Source: Porphyridium purpureum (Eukaryota). From it: a stretch of DNA of 64,000 nt. Below, one piece after another: positions 21,801 through 31,261 of this stretch (positions are counted from its first letter, which is position 1; the number at the start of each line of letters is the position of its first letter). The notes beneath the pieces were generated by a model. That model was not told the DNA's origin, searched no databases, and was given only the letters and a program-made list of their open reading frames with translations. The stretch lies in NCBI GenBank assembly GCA_008690995.1, contig VRMN01000006.1, positions 124,001 through 188,000 on the forward strand, given 5' to 3'. The position numbers were made by a program, and so were the translations under genes.

Positions 21801-22043
21801 GTCAGCAAAAATGGTGAAAGCGTTGCGGCAGCTGCTGGCGGGGAAGCGACTCACAGTGGACGCAACGGTGAGCAGGCGAAAGGCGCCACAGCGCTGGCAG
21901 GCTCAGCGGCGACATCGTCGAATCCGGGAAGCAACAACGGTGCCGGATCTGGGTCGCGTCCCGTGAGTGTGTGGGCGAATAAGCCAAAAAGTGTGTTGGA
22001 GAAGCCGAAGCCGGCACAGACAGGAATCTCAGGTTCAACGTGA
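18816..22043 (+). CDS. La-related protein (La motif + RRM, LARP4-like) with long low-complexity tail
   Basis: La motif 'LVRQVEWYLGRENLSRDYFLMQQM..D.FV.L..LANFPKMKR', RRM 'SIILRDVP...DTWFVTY...VKARLK', then P/G/Q/RGG-rich regions with 'NFPPL' and 'RSYAAILR' motifs. Confidence 0.85.
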   Translation: MASMTYGAEQPPAPQASSSLRSQDGAAMLEVEQQGENGMQDALVRQVEWYLGRENLSRDYFLMQQMREDFFVKLEILANFPKMKRMYAEVNAAYLAQAIRHRSSNLELDETETLVRPTFVLSEKRRSSIILRDVPAGTSAADIEALFATNQSLPVPESIRPDVGDTWFVTYDSYEKARNGLDSIKNLSIHGAPVKARLKTETIVRSLAQASGPGMPQQQLQPPLVAGGMMGMMPGMPGSHTMGAHQGVPMPQQQMPMSFMGPPPMGAGPPPMGFPIGYGFPPPPAGFRGPPGANPGAYRGAPSPNYYGMNPPPFGAHPNQPGGFDPAAMSGMMAAAPGMTGIPPHNPHQVVMTHGGGPGGGYVQHHSNSPGVGSGAATTAHRGGGRGGGGNSGGGKGGRGGITSVNQRQFATGAGGPLMAGGAQQGAHNPPGVVPQQGPNALAGVLPGAQQQLATPQQQQGQYRQPGQSSVGQDQLGASGAQATSSAEAVSNKDISGAGASQSSSIAPTSSAGIVVGAGSVSVTSSAMGSAPASSTPTAGPRNGQPNPYTGANGFQLSNLGAQANRGGGDGGYTKNEYGAWTSHGNARGGRYDKSGGNNSHNANNNGNASGGGSAGGSNSGGNTHSKKGKKGGAKKDASGEYSSERGGNSDGYGHGHGHRRKGETGGKGGIGNAPQVVPPQKQEVNILNQNFPPLAGKDGVSTVSAEAVTQQLADEKASKDKASWAEKSAAIPPTSPVPVSFISASDEPPKRQQSLEKKMSSAKSGSGEPASDKSKVLPAAASTSVTAASAEESSVKVAPRSAPLANDQTGQQPQPKLQTPSVGAGGTESPQPAGAGSASVGASPSTPGRKGDALSSAASVDDGQAVAQAAGNSGRSYAAILRAAKKPVVELSNGPLPGAAASTALSPASTGPPSLSVKNLGNSSNNLSVSIAESAGTKEGKAASGDAPKAAAASSSVNTVAEAGSNSPAANSGEAAPRAGGAGVGSPGEGSGGSVSKNGESVAAAAGGEATHSGRNGEQAKGATALAGSAATSSNPGSNNGAGSGSRPVSVWANKPKSVLEKPKPAQTGISGST

Positions 22044-22687
22044 GATCATGGAATGAGCCCGTAAAGAAATCACAAGAAATGTGTGATTCGCAATGTCATA
22101 CAAGACGACTGCGCATGATGAATACGCAGCGAGATACTGCTTCTCCCTCTGCGCGGAAACATAGTTCGGGGCGCGGAGACGTAGTATAGTGATGTCTCCC
22201 TTTTTGGATCAGCGCAGGATTCGCATTGCTCGCACAGTCGCGACAGCATGATGGAAAAGGTTCTTGCGCTCAAGGAAAAAAAAGAAAAAAAGAGGAAAGA
22301 TATAGAGCGAGAAAGAGAGACAGACAGACAGATTGGCAGATACAGAGACACATACACTCACACACGCACCGAGGGAGCAGACTGGGAGGACGTTGGACAG
22401 GTTGCTGAAAACTCACGACATGTAGAAAAAGGATGCGGTCTCCTGAGAGGCACGCTCTAGCGAATCATTCGGAAAGTTCCCGCTCGACGCTCACCAATTT
22501 ATTCTACTTTCGATTCTTTGGGTGCGTCAGTGTTTAGGAGCTAGAACTCGACGGTGGAGCAGGGACATCGTACCCGCCAAGCCCTGTATCCGCACGCTGA
22601 ATATCAGTGTGTGCCGCGGCGCGGTCGTGTCCTACAAAAATAAATCGAACTGGGCTAGGTTCCTGAATATCGATCGAACACGAATGT

Positions 22688-25168
22688 TTAATTGCCAGCT
22701 TCCACTGCTCGAGCGTGCAGCAAGTTACGAGCCTCATCGACACGACCCAAACGAAGCTGCAAGTACGCCTGCAAGGCAACGAGTTCAAGAGGGGCCTTGT
22801 GAGCCAAACCGATTCCGGCAGCGGCGACACCTGCGGCGCTCAAGTCCACCCCGGAGCCAACCGAACTGCCCGGACTGCCATCAGCCTTCAGCAAGAAAAC
22901 CTCCGCCTGGCCAAGTAATTGCCATGCCGCATTCAGCTGATCTTGTTGCACGAGGCAAATGCTCGCGTTGATGAGCACAGCGACGCGCACATCGACGTCC
23001 AGTGTACCTAGACCCAGGCTTCGCGTTGCATCTTTGTGGTGGGAAATGTACATGTCCTCGAGCGGTAAATATTTGAGAGCTTGCTCAGGCTCCTGCAATC
23101 CGCAGTGCGCTTCCGCTGCATACATGTTGAGCAAGAGCAGTTGTTCGCGGGTGCAAACTAATCCGTCGTCCAGGTTCATGGTCAGGCATCGCTTCAACGC
23201 ATTGAGCGACGAGGCAAATTGGCTGCGGCACAGGTCTACGTAGCCCACGAGCAAGTTTGCTGCGAACTGCAGCTTCTCCAACTGTTCCTTTTCGGCCACA
23301 GGAGCAAAGCTCGACTTGAAGAGCGCATCCGACGACTCCTCAGCGTTGGTCGAGTTGGTCGTGTTACTGATTAGTACAGGGAGCTCAATAGTGTGTCTCT
23401 CGAGCAGGGACATGCACGCGTGCAAAGCGGTTAGAGCCAAATCCAGAAGGTGGCTTTGGCTAGCTCGCTGCTCTGTTGTTTGACAAGCGTCCTGCGACTC
23501 AACAGACATCCCGACCATCATCCGCCTGTAAGGACCAAAACCAACGAGCTTCACGGATAATGAGTCATAATGAGCATGACCTGAAGAACGCGAAGCGTGC
23601 ATGTGGACGGCACATTCCGCGAGACGATACCAGAACCACGGCGACCTTGTGCCTAGAAAGTTGGACGCGACCGAAAAGGCGTCCAACGCAGGCTCAAACT
23701 TTTTCTCGCGCATCCACTGGAGAGCCAAATTATTGGACGCATATGCAATATTTTCGCGAACCGGAAGCACCACTGACTGTCCGCTGCGCATACTTTTGCG
23801 CGCATTGAGCAAGCTTTTCAAGCACATGGTGAAGTAAGATGACGCAAGCGCATATTTTTGGAGCCGAACATGCACAATGCCAATGTTGTTCAGCAGAATT
23901 GCCTTGAAGTTTTGAACATGCGCCACGTCCGTGCCGACAATCTGGTAGTCTTGTCGACATGACTCGGCCGCAGACACAAGCATTTTCAGCGCCTTGGGTC
24001 CGTTGCGCTCGGCGCTCGCCTTGAGCATCAAAGCCGCTGAGAGAGAGAACTGGCGCAATGGCGGCTCGAGATCTTCTGCGGCAATACTCATCGCCAGTTT
24101 GACCTCTTTCCGGAAACGCTTCATCAGACTGGTGTCTGTTGAGCTCTTGATAGACTTTGTGAACGCATTAGTGAACTCCAGCTGCGCTAAGCGCGCGCGA
24201 AAAATGTGCAACCAGAAGCGGATTTGCGCCATGTTTGTGCAGGGAAAAGAGCGCGTCCTTTGCATCAAGAAGGTAGGTATCACCTCAGGCAAAGAGTTTA
24301 GCACCTCGCTGTCTTTATCAGCCGACTCTGCAGCCCCTGCACCTGCACTTTTTTTGAGCTCGTCCAGCACTTCCTCCATATGCCGGATCGCGCGCAAGAC
24401 CAGGCCGATTTCGATGCACGACCCCATGCGCGAGCTTCTGAGAAACATTGACGCGCTCGAGATGGCAACTCGTACCGAGAGCCATGTTGGATACGCTCCT
24501 AAATGTGCCAAAAGGTACGACAAGAACCCCCAGCTTAAGTCAACAAGCGGCTGGTCGTTTTTCTCCTGCAATTCACACACAGCGTTGTACATACCACAGC
24601 TCCGCAGCGCCACGAAAAGTATTGATAAGGTGTCTTCCGAAATGACTATGCCCGACGGCTCTTCGTTGTCAACCGTCTGCTGCGACCCCTCCTCTCCATC
24701 GGAGCCACGCCAATGCTGTGAGGAATAACTCAAATTGCTGACGATGCTATACATTCTGTCGTAGAGTGGCACCGCACCGGCGCGCCGAATGTAACACTCA
24801 CAGGCGCCGATATTTGACAGGATTATGGGATACAGTCCGAGCGCTGCAAACGACACGGTCGCTTCGTCGGGGCCCGCGGTGCCTGTTCGCGCCACACCGC
24901 CCCCGTTGTTCCGTGAGCTGCGTGCTACCGCCTCGAGCTTGGCCAAGTCTCTCTCGAGCTGCTCACCCATCAAGTCGAACGTGATCTTCTCCGTCACGCC
25001 TCGCGCCCGAAGCTGGTGCTTTGTAAGCTCGTTGCTCGCATCCTGCAGCAAGTCGACCGACTGCTCAAAGTCACCAGCGACGAACGCGTCCTGTGCGCGC
25101 GCGAGCATACCTCGCACACCGCCAAGCGAGTCAGATGCATCCCCTGCCTCGCTCACACCGCCGTCCAT
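22688..25168 (-). CDS. CNOT10: CCR4-NOT complex subunit 10 (TPR protein)
   Basis: 'KRFRKEVKLAMSI', 'ALMLKA', 'LLNNIGIVH..LQKYALASSYF', 'PWFWYRLAECAV', 'MYAAEA'. Start placed at MDGGV (25168); an upstream GTG is at 25231. Confidence 0.85.
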   Translation of the reverse strand: MDGGVSEAGDASDSLGGVRGMLARAQDAFVAGDFEQSVDLLQDASNELTKHQLRARGVTEKITFDLMGEQLERDLAKLEAVARSSRNNGGGVARTGTAGPDEATVSFAALGLYPIILSNIGACECYIRRAGAVPLYDRMYSIVSNLSYSSQHWRGSDGEEGSQQTVDNEEPSGIVISEDTLSILFVALRSCGMYNAVCELQEKNDQPLVDLSWGFLSYLLAHLGAYPTWLSVRVAISSASMFLRSSRMGSCIEIGLVLRAIRHMEEVLDELKKSAGAGAAESADKDSEVLNSLPEVIPTFLMQRTRSFPCTNMAQIRFWLHIFRARLAQLEFTNAFTKSIKSSTDTSLMKRFRKEVKLAMSIAAEDLEPPLRQFSLSAALMLKASAERNGPKALKMLVSAAESCRQDYQIVGTDVAHVQNFKAILLNNIGIVHVRLQKYALASSYFTMCLKSLLNARKSMRSGQSVVLPVRENIAYASNNLALQWMREKKFEPALDAFSVASNFLGTRSPWFWYRLAECAVHMHASRSSGHAHYDSLSVKLVGFGPYRRMMVGMSVESQDACQTTEQRASQSHLLDLALTALHACMSLLERHTIELPVLISNTTNSTNAEESSDALFKSSFAPVAEKEQLEKLQFAANLLVGYVDLCRSQFASSLNALKRCLTMNLDDGLVCTREQLLLLNMYAAEAHCGLQEPEQALKYLPLEDMYISHHKDATRSLGLGTLDVDVRVAVLINASICLVQQDQLNAAWQLLGQAEVFLLKADGSPGSSVGSGVDLSAAGVAAAGIGLAHKAPLELVALQAYLQLRLGRVDEARNLLHARAVEAGN

Positions 25169-25492
25169 CGCCACCTGCGTGGCTTTGCCGGTCCACAAAC
25201 CGCTCTCCAACGCAGCTCTTGGCTGGTTCACAGCCTACTCCGGGCCAACGTTGGCGTTCCCGGCACGACACGCACGCTGCAACCCCTTCAAAAAACGAAA
25301 GAGAAATTGTTGACGGCGACGCCTGAGGAACGCCAAGTAGTGGTGTTCTAGGATCATGTGGCTCTTTGGAGCCAAGCTGGCGAGCACGAAGGCAAGTGTC
25401 CTAGAAGACAAGAAACGTGTCGCCACTGCAAGCGTGCGCACAGACATGAAGTGTTCAGGACCACCCGGGCGCCCCGGGAGAATGAGGGGAAA

Positions 25493-26266
25493 ATGAGGAG
25501 TGTTCTCGTCATCAAATCGCTAGACGCCGTCGAGACAGGAAACGTCATAAAGTCTGTGGTTGCCGAAAGGAACAGGCTCGCCAGCTTTGGTCTCGAGCTG
25601 GTAAAGCGAACAGGTGCCAAGTACAAGAAGGTACTCGCCGTGGCTTCGACCGACCTCGATTTGGAGTTCTGGGCACACGAGCAGCTGGCCAGGCACCTGC
25701 TCGCCTACCTTGATTTAATGCGGCTTGTCTCATTCGAGACCTCTCAAGTAGTCAAGAGGATAGACTAGAAATCGTGTTCCATACTCACCGGGCCGATGCT
25801 GACGCAACGCCTGATCTCCAAGGCACGTCGGACTGGTTCGACAGTAACCCATATCCACGGGAGCTGCAGCCACCACGCCGTGCAGCTACTGCGGCAATCT
25901 TACGCAGAGCCCCGCCCGAGCCAAAGTCTACAAGTGCATGGTGTGCGGGACAATCAGGGATGGCAACACCACCGGGGCGCAGATCATTTGTCCGTGCTTA
26001 TCCGAAGCGCGGCGCGTGTTGGTGTGTCGCTGTGGGGACCGCCACCCCCTCTGCAGCTTGAACGCGAAGATGAAGGCGGCGACAGCAGGAATATTCGCGG
26101 CGGGTCTACAGAGAGGGAAGAGGAGAGCTGTTACACGGAAGACCACAACGTATGGTTACCCACCATCTCGTTCAGCTTGATGACTCCATTTGAGTGTCTC
26201 GAGCTGTTCTTTTCGGTACCCAAATCGAAAGCTCAAAGTATGCGCCATTTACGGTGGTCATTTTAG
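25493..26266 (+). pseudogene. Possible decayed coding remnant of unknown family
   Basis: ORFs 25358-25768 and 25796-26266 are in the same frame, separated by one TAG at 25766-25768. The first part is protein-like but no family is recognised. Confidence 0.25.
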
Positions 26267-26341
26267 AACTTTGTGGTGACGGCTTGGCGGCCTGTGGTTT
26301 GGGGGCGGAAGAAGAAGGGGGTGAAAGGGAGGAAGGGGAGC

Positions 26342-28963
26342 ATGAAGCGATCTGGAGCGCCGTCGGTGCTGGGAGCGCGCGGGAAGGAGAATGCATTGCC
26401 CATGCATACTCATGCCGCAGTGCGGCCGCTGGAACGGGTAGGAGAGGGTGCGGCCGCGACGATTCGGCGGGCGCAGACTGGGGCTTTGTTGCATCCGAGA
26501 AGCGTGGATGGAGCAGGTGTCAAGGCGAAAGATGAGCCTCGTGGCGTCGAGGTGCGCCGCGGAGCGCACGGAGAAAGAGTCGTGTGGGCGGTGCTGTATA
26601 CAAAGCGGAGCGCAAAGAAAAGCAAGGTGTATGCGGACGGCGTGCTGGTGCTGGAGGATGATCGCAAATTGTGCTTGATGAGCGACGATGGAAAGCTCGT
26701 GTCGACGCTCAAGCTGAATGTACCGCTGGGCGGCCTCGTTCCGGGTAACGCGGTGGAAATGGCGTCCCATCTTGTCGAGACACAGCACATCATTCCTTTG
26801 GATGAGTACGACTCTGGCCGTGTCTTCCTCGGAAGCACAGGCGCAGCAGCGTGTTCTTCCAGTCCATTTGCCGCCTCGGATGCGGTCAGCCTGTCCAGGG
26901 TAAATACATTCAAGAGGCCCCGACTGTCGGACAAGGTGTCCCCCAAGAGCACCAGCAGCGCAAAGCCACCAACTCCGATCTGTAATCCCCAGCACCCGGA
27001 CGCCGTATTGCTCGTTGCGGCGCCAATCCCCGGTCAGACCGTCGACGTGCTGGTGGAGCCGTTCTTGGGTAAAATCTTGCGCCCGCATCAGAAAGAAGGC
27101 GTCAAGTTTTTGTACGAGACGGTAGCGGGCTTGCGAACAAAGGGCGCTTACGGATCGATGCTGTGCGATGAGATGGGGCTTGGGAAAACGCTGCAGGTAC
27201 TCGCGACCATTCACACATGTCTTCGGCAGAGCTCGCAGCCAGGCGTGCCTCTTATCCAGCGCGCGGTGGTCGTGTGTCCTTCCAGCCTTGTGGGCAACTG
27301 GGAAGCCGAAGTCAGCAAATGGATCGGAAACGAGCGCCTGCGTTGCATCGTTGTCCAGAGCGTTTCGCCAAAGGAAGCTGAACGCATGTTTATCGAGTTT
27401 GGTGTTCAGAGAACCTCTCGCGTCCTCATCACTTCGTACGATGTTTTGAGGCGGCACGTGGACAAGATCAAGCCGGAGGCTATGAAACAGAGTTTGGTGG
27501 TTTTTGACGAAGGCCACCGTTTGAAATCGGGTTCAAATGTAACATTTGATGCGCTCATGAAGCTTCCGTGCAAGCGGCGCATTTTGCTGACGGGCACGCC
27601 CGTGCAAAACAATCTGGAGGAATTCTGGGCGCTCAGCGACTTTGTCGTGCCTGGCGTGCTTGGCAGCATTGCCACCTTTCGGCAGGTGTACTTGAATCCA
27701 ATCGTTCGCGCCTCGGAGCATGGCGCGTCCGAGCAAGAGAAAGAGCTGGCAGAGACTCGCCGAGCCGAGCTCAGACGCATCACCGACAGCTTCGTTTTAC
27801 GTCGCACAAGCGCCGTGCTGTCGAAACACCTCCCACCGAAGACTGAGCTTTACGTCTTCTGTGCACTTTCAGAAACACAGCGAAACGCCTACAATGAGCT
27901 CGCCGCCATGATGCGCAAAAAGTGCGGGAGCAAAGGCAACTCAAGTCGGAAGAACGGAACGATTGGCGATGCATTCCGTACCATTTCGCAGCTTCGCAAG
28001 ATCTGTTGTCATCCAGATTTGATGACAGAGGATGGCGACACCTCCACCGCGAATAAGGAAGATCTCTGTCCTGGGCAACCGGAGCTGCTAGATTGGACAC
28101 GATCCGGAAAGCTGACATTTTTGAAGCGCTTCTTGGAGCAGTGGGATGCACACTGCCATTCAGACAGCAAGCATCACGAGAAGATGGTGATTGTGTCGAA
28201 TTGGGTGACGGTTTTGCACGTCATCGAGCGTAAACTGGAAGAAATGGGAATCTCGTGCGACCGACTGGACGGTGCCACGCCCGCAGACGCCCGGATGCCG
28301 ATGGTCAAAGCCTTCAATCAGCCGAATGGTGTACGTGTGCTGCTCATATCAAGTAAGGCTGGCGGTGTTGGGCTTAATTTAATTGGCGCGTCACGCATCA
28401 TCCTGTTTGATCCCGACTGGAACCCGGCAACAGATCTGCAGGCTATGAGCCGCGTGTGGCGGGATGGACAGACGAAGCACGTGCGTATCTACCGCCTTTT
28501 TGCATCCTGCACAATTGAGGAGAAGATTCTGCAGCGGCAGCTTTTCAAGCTGCAGTTCAACGTTGTGTCGGAGGAGACCCCGAATCAGAGCGCGCAGTCC
28601 GACCAAGCAGGAGCCAAAATGTCTGTGGCAGAGATGAAGAAGATTTTTCAGAACATCCCGACAGACGAAAATGGCCCGGTATCCGAAACGGCCGAACTTG
28701 TACTCGGGCAGGACGAGAGTGAGTCCAAGCTTCTGCGGGCTGTCCAAATGGAGTACGGTCGCATTGAAGCAGCCCAGAAGCTGAACAAGGCTAACACCAG
28801 CGGGAGTGACCATCGGGAACCGAGTGACAATGATGCAGGTGATCGCGATGCGATCGCTGAAAGAAGTGATCCTGTGCTCGAGGCAGTCTTCAAGCTACGT
28901 GCCGTGGAAGGCTGTCTGGACATGCAGAGTGTTCCCTTTGTCTTCGAGCTGGCGTATCCCTAA
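26342..28963 (+). CDS. RAD54B: SNF2-family DNA translocase RAD54/RAD54B(Rdh54)-like
   Basis: 'LRPHQKEGVKFLY', 'CDEMGLGKTLQ', 'DEGHRLK', 'LTGTPVQNNLEE', 'SSKAGGVGLNL', 'DWNPATDLQAMSRVWRDGQ'. N-terminal 'VLYTK..KK.KVY.DGVL' domain. Confidence 0.88.
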   Translation: MKRSGAPSVLGARGKENALPMHTHAAVRPLERVGEGAAATIRRAQTGALLHPRSVDGAGVKAKDEPRGVEVRRGAHGERVVWAVLYTKRSAKKSKVYADGVLVLEDDRKLCLMSDDGKLVSTLKLNVPLGGLVPGNAVEMASHLVETQHIIPLDEYDSGRVFLGSTGAAACSSSPFAASDAVSLSRVNTFKRPRLSDKVSPKSTSSAKPPTPICNPQHPDAVLLVAAPIPGQTVDVLVEPFLGKILRPHQKEGVKFLYETVAGLRTKGAYGSMLCDEMGLGKTLQVLATIHTCLRQSSQPGVPLIQRAVVVCPSSLVGNWEAEVSKWIGNERLRCIVVQSVSPKEAERMFIEFGVQRTSRVLITSYDVLRRHVDKIKPEAMKQSLVVFDEGHRLKSGSNVTFDALMKLPCKRRILLTGTPVQNNLEEFWALSDFVVPGVLGSIATFRQVYLNPIVRASEHGASEQEKELAETRRAELRRITDSFVLRRTSAVLSKHLPPKTELYVFCALSETQRNAYNELAAMMRKKCGSKGNSSRKNGTIGDAFRTISQLRKICCHPDLMTEDGDTSTANKEDLCPGQPELLDWTRSGKLTFLKRFLEQWDAHCHSDSKHHEKMVIVSNWVTVLHVIERKLEEMGISCDRLDGATPADARMPMVKAFNQPNGVRVLLISSKAGGVGLNLIGASRIILFDPDWNPATDLQAMSRVWRDGQTKHVRIYRLFASCTIEEKILQRQLFKLQFNVVSEETPNQSAQSDQAGAKMSVAEMKKIFQNIPTDENGPVSETAELVLGQDESESKLLRAVQMEYGRIEAAQKLNKANTSGSDHREPSDNDAGDRDAIAERSDPVLEAVFKLRAVEGCLDMQSVPFVFELAYP

Positions 28964-29427
28964 CGTCAGCTCGCGTTGACCACCCCAGAGAGTAGTAATA
29001 GGATCAAGACAGGAAGCCGAACAGCAACCAACCGTGCGACGAACCGTGTCCGTGATGGTCAGAAAGTGTCAAATTGAATGCAAGGATCTGCGGCTGGAGA
29101 TCCTATTCGCATCTGGTGCGTGCCGCGCTGTTGACCGCGATGCATGGCTTGAAATATCTTTCGCACTCGGGGTGTGTACTGGAACAAGTAGGAGCGTATG
29201 CTCGTGATGGTGTCTAAACTGCTTACAGGCGCTTTGCTGATTATGTACCAGGTAAAATCCTCCTTCTGGTGTAAAGACGCCGCCGGCACGATGCGGTGCG
29301 TGTCACAAGCGCGCCGCATCACATGCATCCTGCGCTTACCCATGTCGAGAAGGACCTAAACGCGCCGGTTCCGCCTGCCTCCTCGCGAAAGGAATCTCTT
29401 ACCGGGCAATCAGGACCGCCTTTCCGC

Positions 29428-30903
29428 TTAGATAGACTGCGACAGCCCGACTTGGATGCCGGACTTGATGCGGTCAGCTTCCGCGCGGCGAAACACATGG
29501 CATACGTTGAGCTCGAAGCGCCCAAAGGGAAGTGCAGCGACCAGCCCGACACCAGCAGATATTCGAGTCGAAGAAAAGGGGCTTGTGCGGCCTCGCAGGC
29601 GGTCGCCGCCCTGTTCGTACGTGATTATGTCGCCCATGGTTACGAACAGGTGCAGCTTACTATCGATCCACCGCCGCAAAACGTTCTCTTGCGGTACCGG
29701 GATGGAAAGCATGGCCATCAACGTGTAGTACATGTCTCCGCCCAGCGCGTCCTTCCCGTCATGTGGACCTACGCCCTTTGTCCGAAAGCCACGAAATGAT
29801 TGCGGTCCGCCGAGGAAGAACCGGTCGTGGACCTTGGTCTTACCCAAAGGCGAGAGTGGAACAACAACTCCCGCTTTACCGACGCCACTAAGCGTGGTGT
29901 CCGGAATCGGCCCAACTGAGACGTGGTACTGTGCGCCCACGTCAGTGCGCAGATGCGACACATCTCCCATTCCCAAGCCGGCTAGTTCAAGTTCTGCCGC
30001 GAGCAAATGCCCCTCAGTGGGAAAAACAGGATCGTCTCTGGCGTCCTTTGTCCATGCGTGCCGGATGCTGCTCTTGATGCTGATTCCAGCATCTTCCCGG
30101 ATGGAGAGCGACGCGCCTTCACTCAATGCATGCATATCGCGCACCTCGGCACCGAGCGTGGTGGTTCCAAAGCGGCTCGCGAGCTCGAGCTCCATCCCGC
30201 GAACCTTCATCGAGTAGCTTGACCGATCTTCCAGGTTGAGCATTCGCGAGAACGCGCGAAACGTGGCGGTGTTTTCTACATGATATATACAAGGCTTGGT
30301 CAGAACCACGTCAAACGAGGTGGTGGCTTTCTTTTTCACGTTCTTCGTGCCAAAGCCCATTTTGACGGAGAGCGATTCTGCATTTCCAAATAAGTTACGT
30401 GCGGAGGCCGACGCCGACATCATGGCCTCGTCGAGCTTTGTTGACGACTCAACTTGACTTTGCACCTGGAACAAGCTGTCGCGCTCCGAGATGGTAATGG
30501 TAGCGTCCACTATCTCGTGATCTGCAGAAAAGGCTGCCGCAGACGACCGATCGAGGAAGATATCGACGCCCTTGAACGCCTGCGTCGCTTCCAGGACCTC
30601 GAGCGCCTCACTCAGCCCGAGCAGCGTACTCTCGAGCGTCCCTCTTTCAAAACTCTTCCCATCTCCAAAACCCGCATCATCTGCCAAGATCGCTCCGCCC
30701 TTGCTTGCATCGCGAGCAGTCGCGGCGGCCGCCACTTGCTGATGCGCCGCGCAGAGACACTGCTCCAGCACGCGCCGCACAAACGCCGGCCGCGTGCGCG
30801 CGCATCCGCGCACCTCGATCCCTCCCAGCAGCAACTTTGACTCCAGCAGATCACGCTCCGAGATCGCGCTGTCCATACCGGGTTTCTTCTCGTCGTCATC
30901 CAT
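29428..30903 (-). CDS. SAM50: Mitochondrial outer-membrane beta-barrel SAM50 (Omp85 family)
   Basis: 'IEVRGCARTRPAFV' POTRA, 'RNLFGNAE', 'KSSIRH', 'DARDDPVFPTEG', 'DRFFLGGPQSFRGF', 'GRFELN'. Start placed at MDDDEK (30903). Confidence 0.92.
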   Translation of the reverse strand: MDDDEKKPGMDSAISERDLLESKLLLGGIEVRGCARTRPAFVRRVLEQCLCAAHQQVAAAATARDASKGGAILADDAGFGDGKSFERGTLESTLLGLSEALEVLEATQAFKGVDIFLDRSSAAAFSADHEIVDATITISERDSLFQVQSQVESSTKLDEAMMSASASARNLFGNAESLSVKMGFGTKNVKKKATTSFDVVLTKPCIYHVENTATFRAFSRMLNLEDRSSYSMKVRGMELELASRFGTTTLGAEVRDMHALSEGASLSIREDAGISIKSSIRHAWTKDARDDPVFPTEGHLLAAELELAGLGMGDVSHLRTDVGAQYHVSVGPIPDTTLSGVGKAGVVVPLSPLGKTKVHDRFFLGGPQSFRGFRTKGVGPHDGKDALGGDMYYTLMAMLSIPVPQENVLRRWIDSKLHLFVTMGDIITYEQGGDRLRGRTSPFSSTRISAGVGLVAALPFGRFELNVCHVFRRAEADRIKSGIQVGLSQSI

Positions 30904-30922
30904 CTTGTCTCCCCTTCTCTCC

Positions 30923-30923
<1 letters not shown>

Positions 30924-30959
<36 letters not shown>
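30924..30959. repeat. (TC)n/(GA)n microsatellite in SAM50 5' leader
   Basis: About 18 perfect dinucleotide units. Confidence 0.95.
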
Positions 30960-30962
<3 letters not shown>

Positions 30963-31261
30963 TTCTCTCCCACACCTGTCAATCCCCTCCCCCGCTAACC
31001 TACGCGGCTCCGAAAAGGACACAAAATCACAGCATCGCATGCTTTTCATACAAAACGCACCAGCCGCGCCCCGCGCATTGCATTTCAATGCCTCATCACA
31101 TCGCCCCATACCGCTCACAACTGTACCTTAGCCTCGCGTAACTGTACATGCGCAATGCATTACATTGCAATGCATTGCACGCGGAATCGGAATCGGATTT
31201 TCGCGGAATGTGATGCGCACGGCTGCCGCAGCTGGAGTGGGCGCGTCTGAGAAGCTCGTGG

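Noticed and set aside
26258..27517. 419-aa minus-strand ORF
   Set aside because: Antisense to the RAD54B-like gene; no independent motifs.
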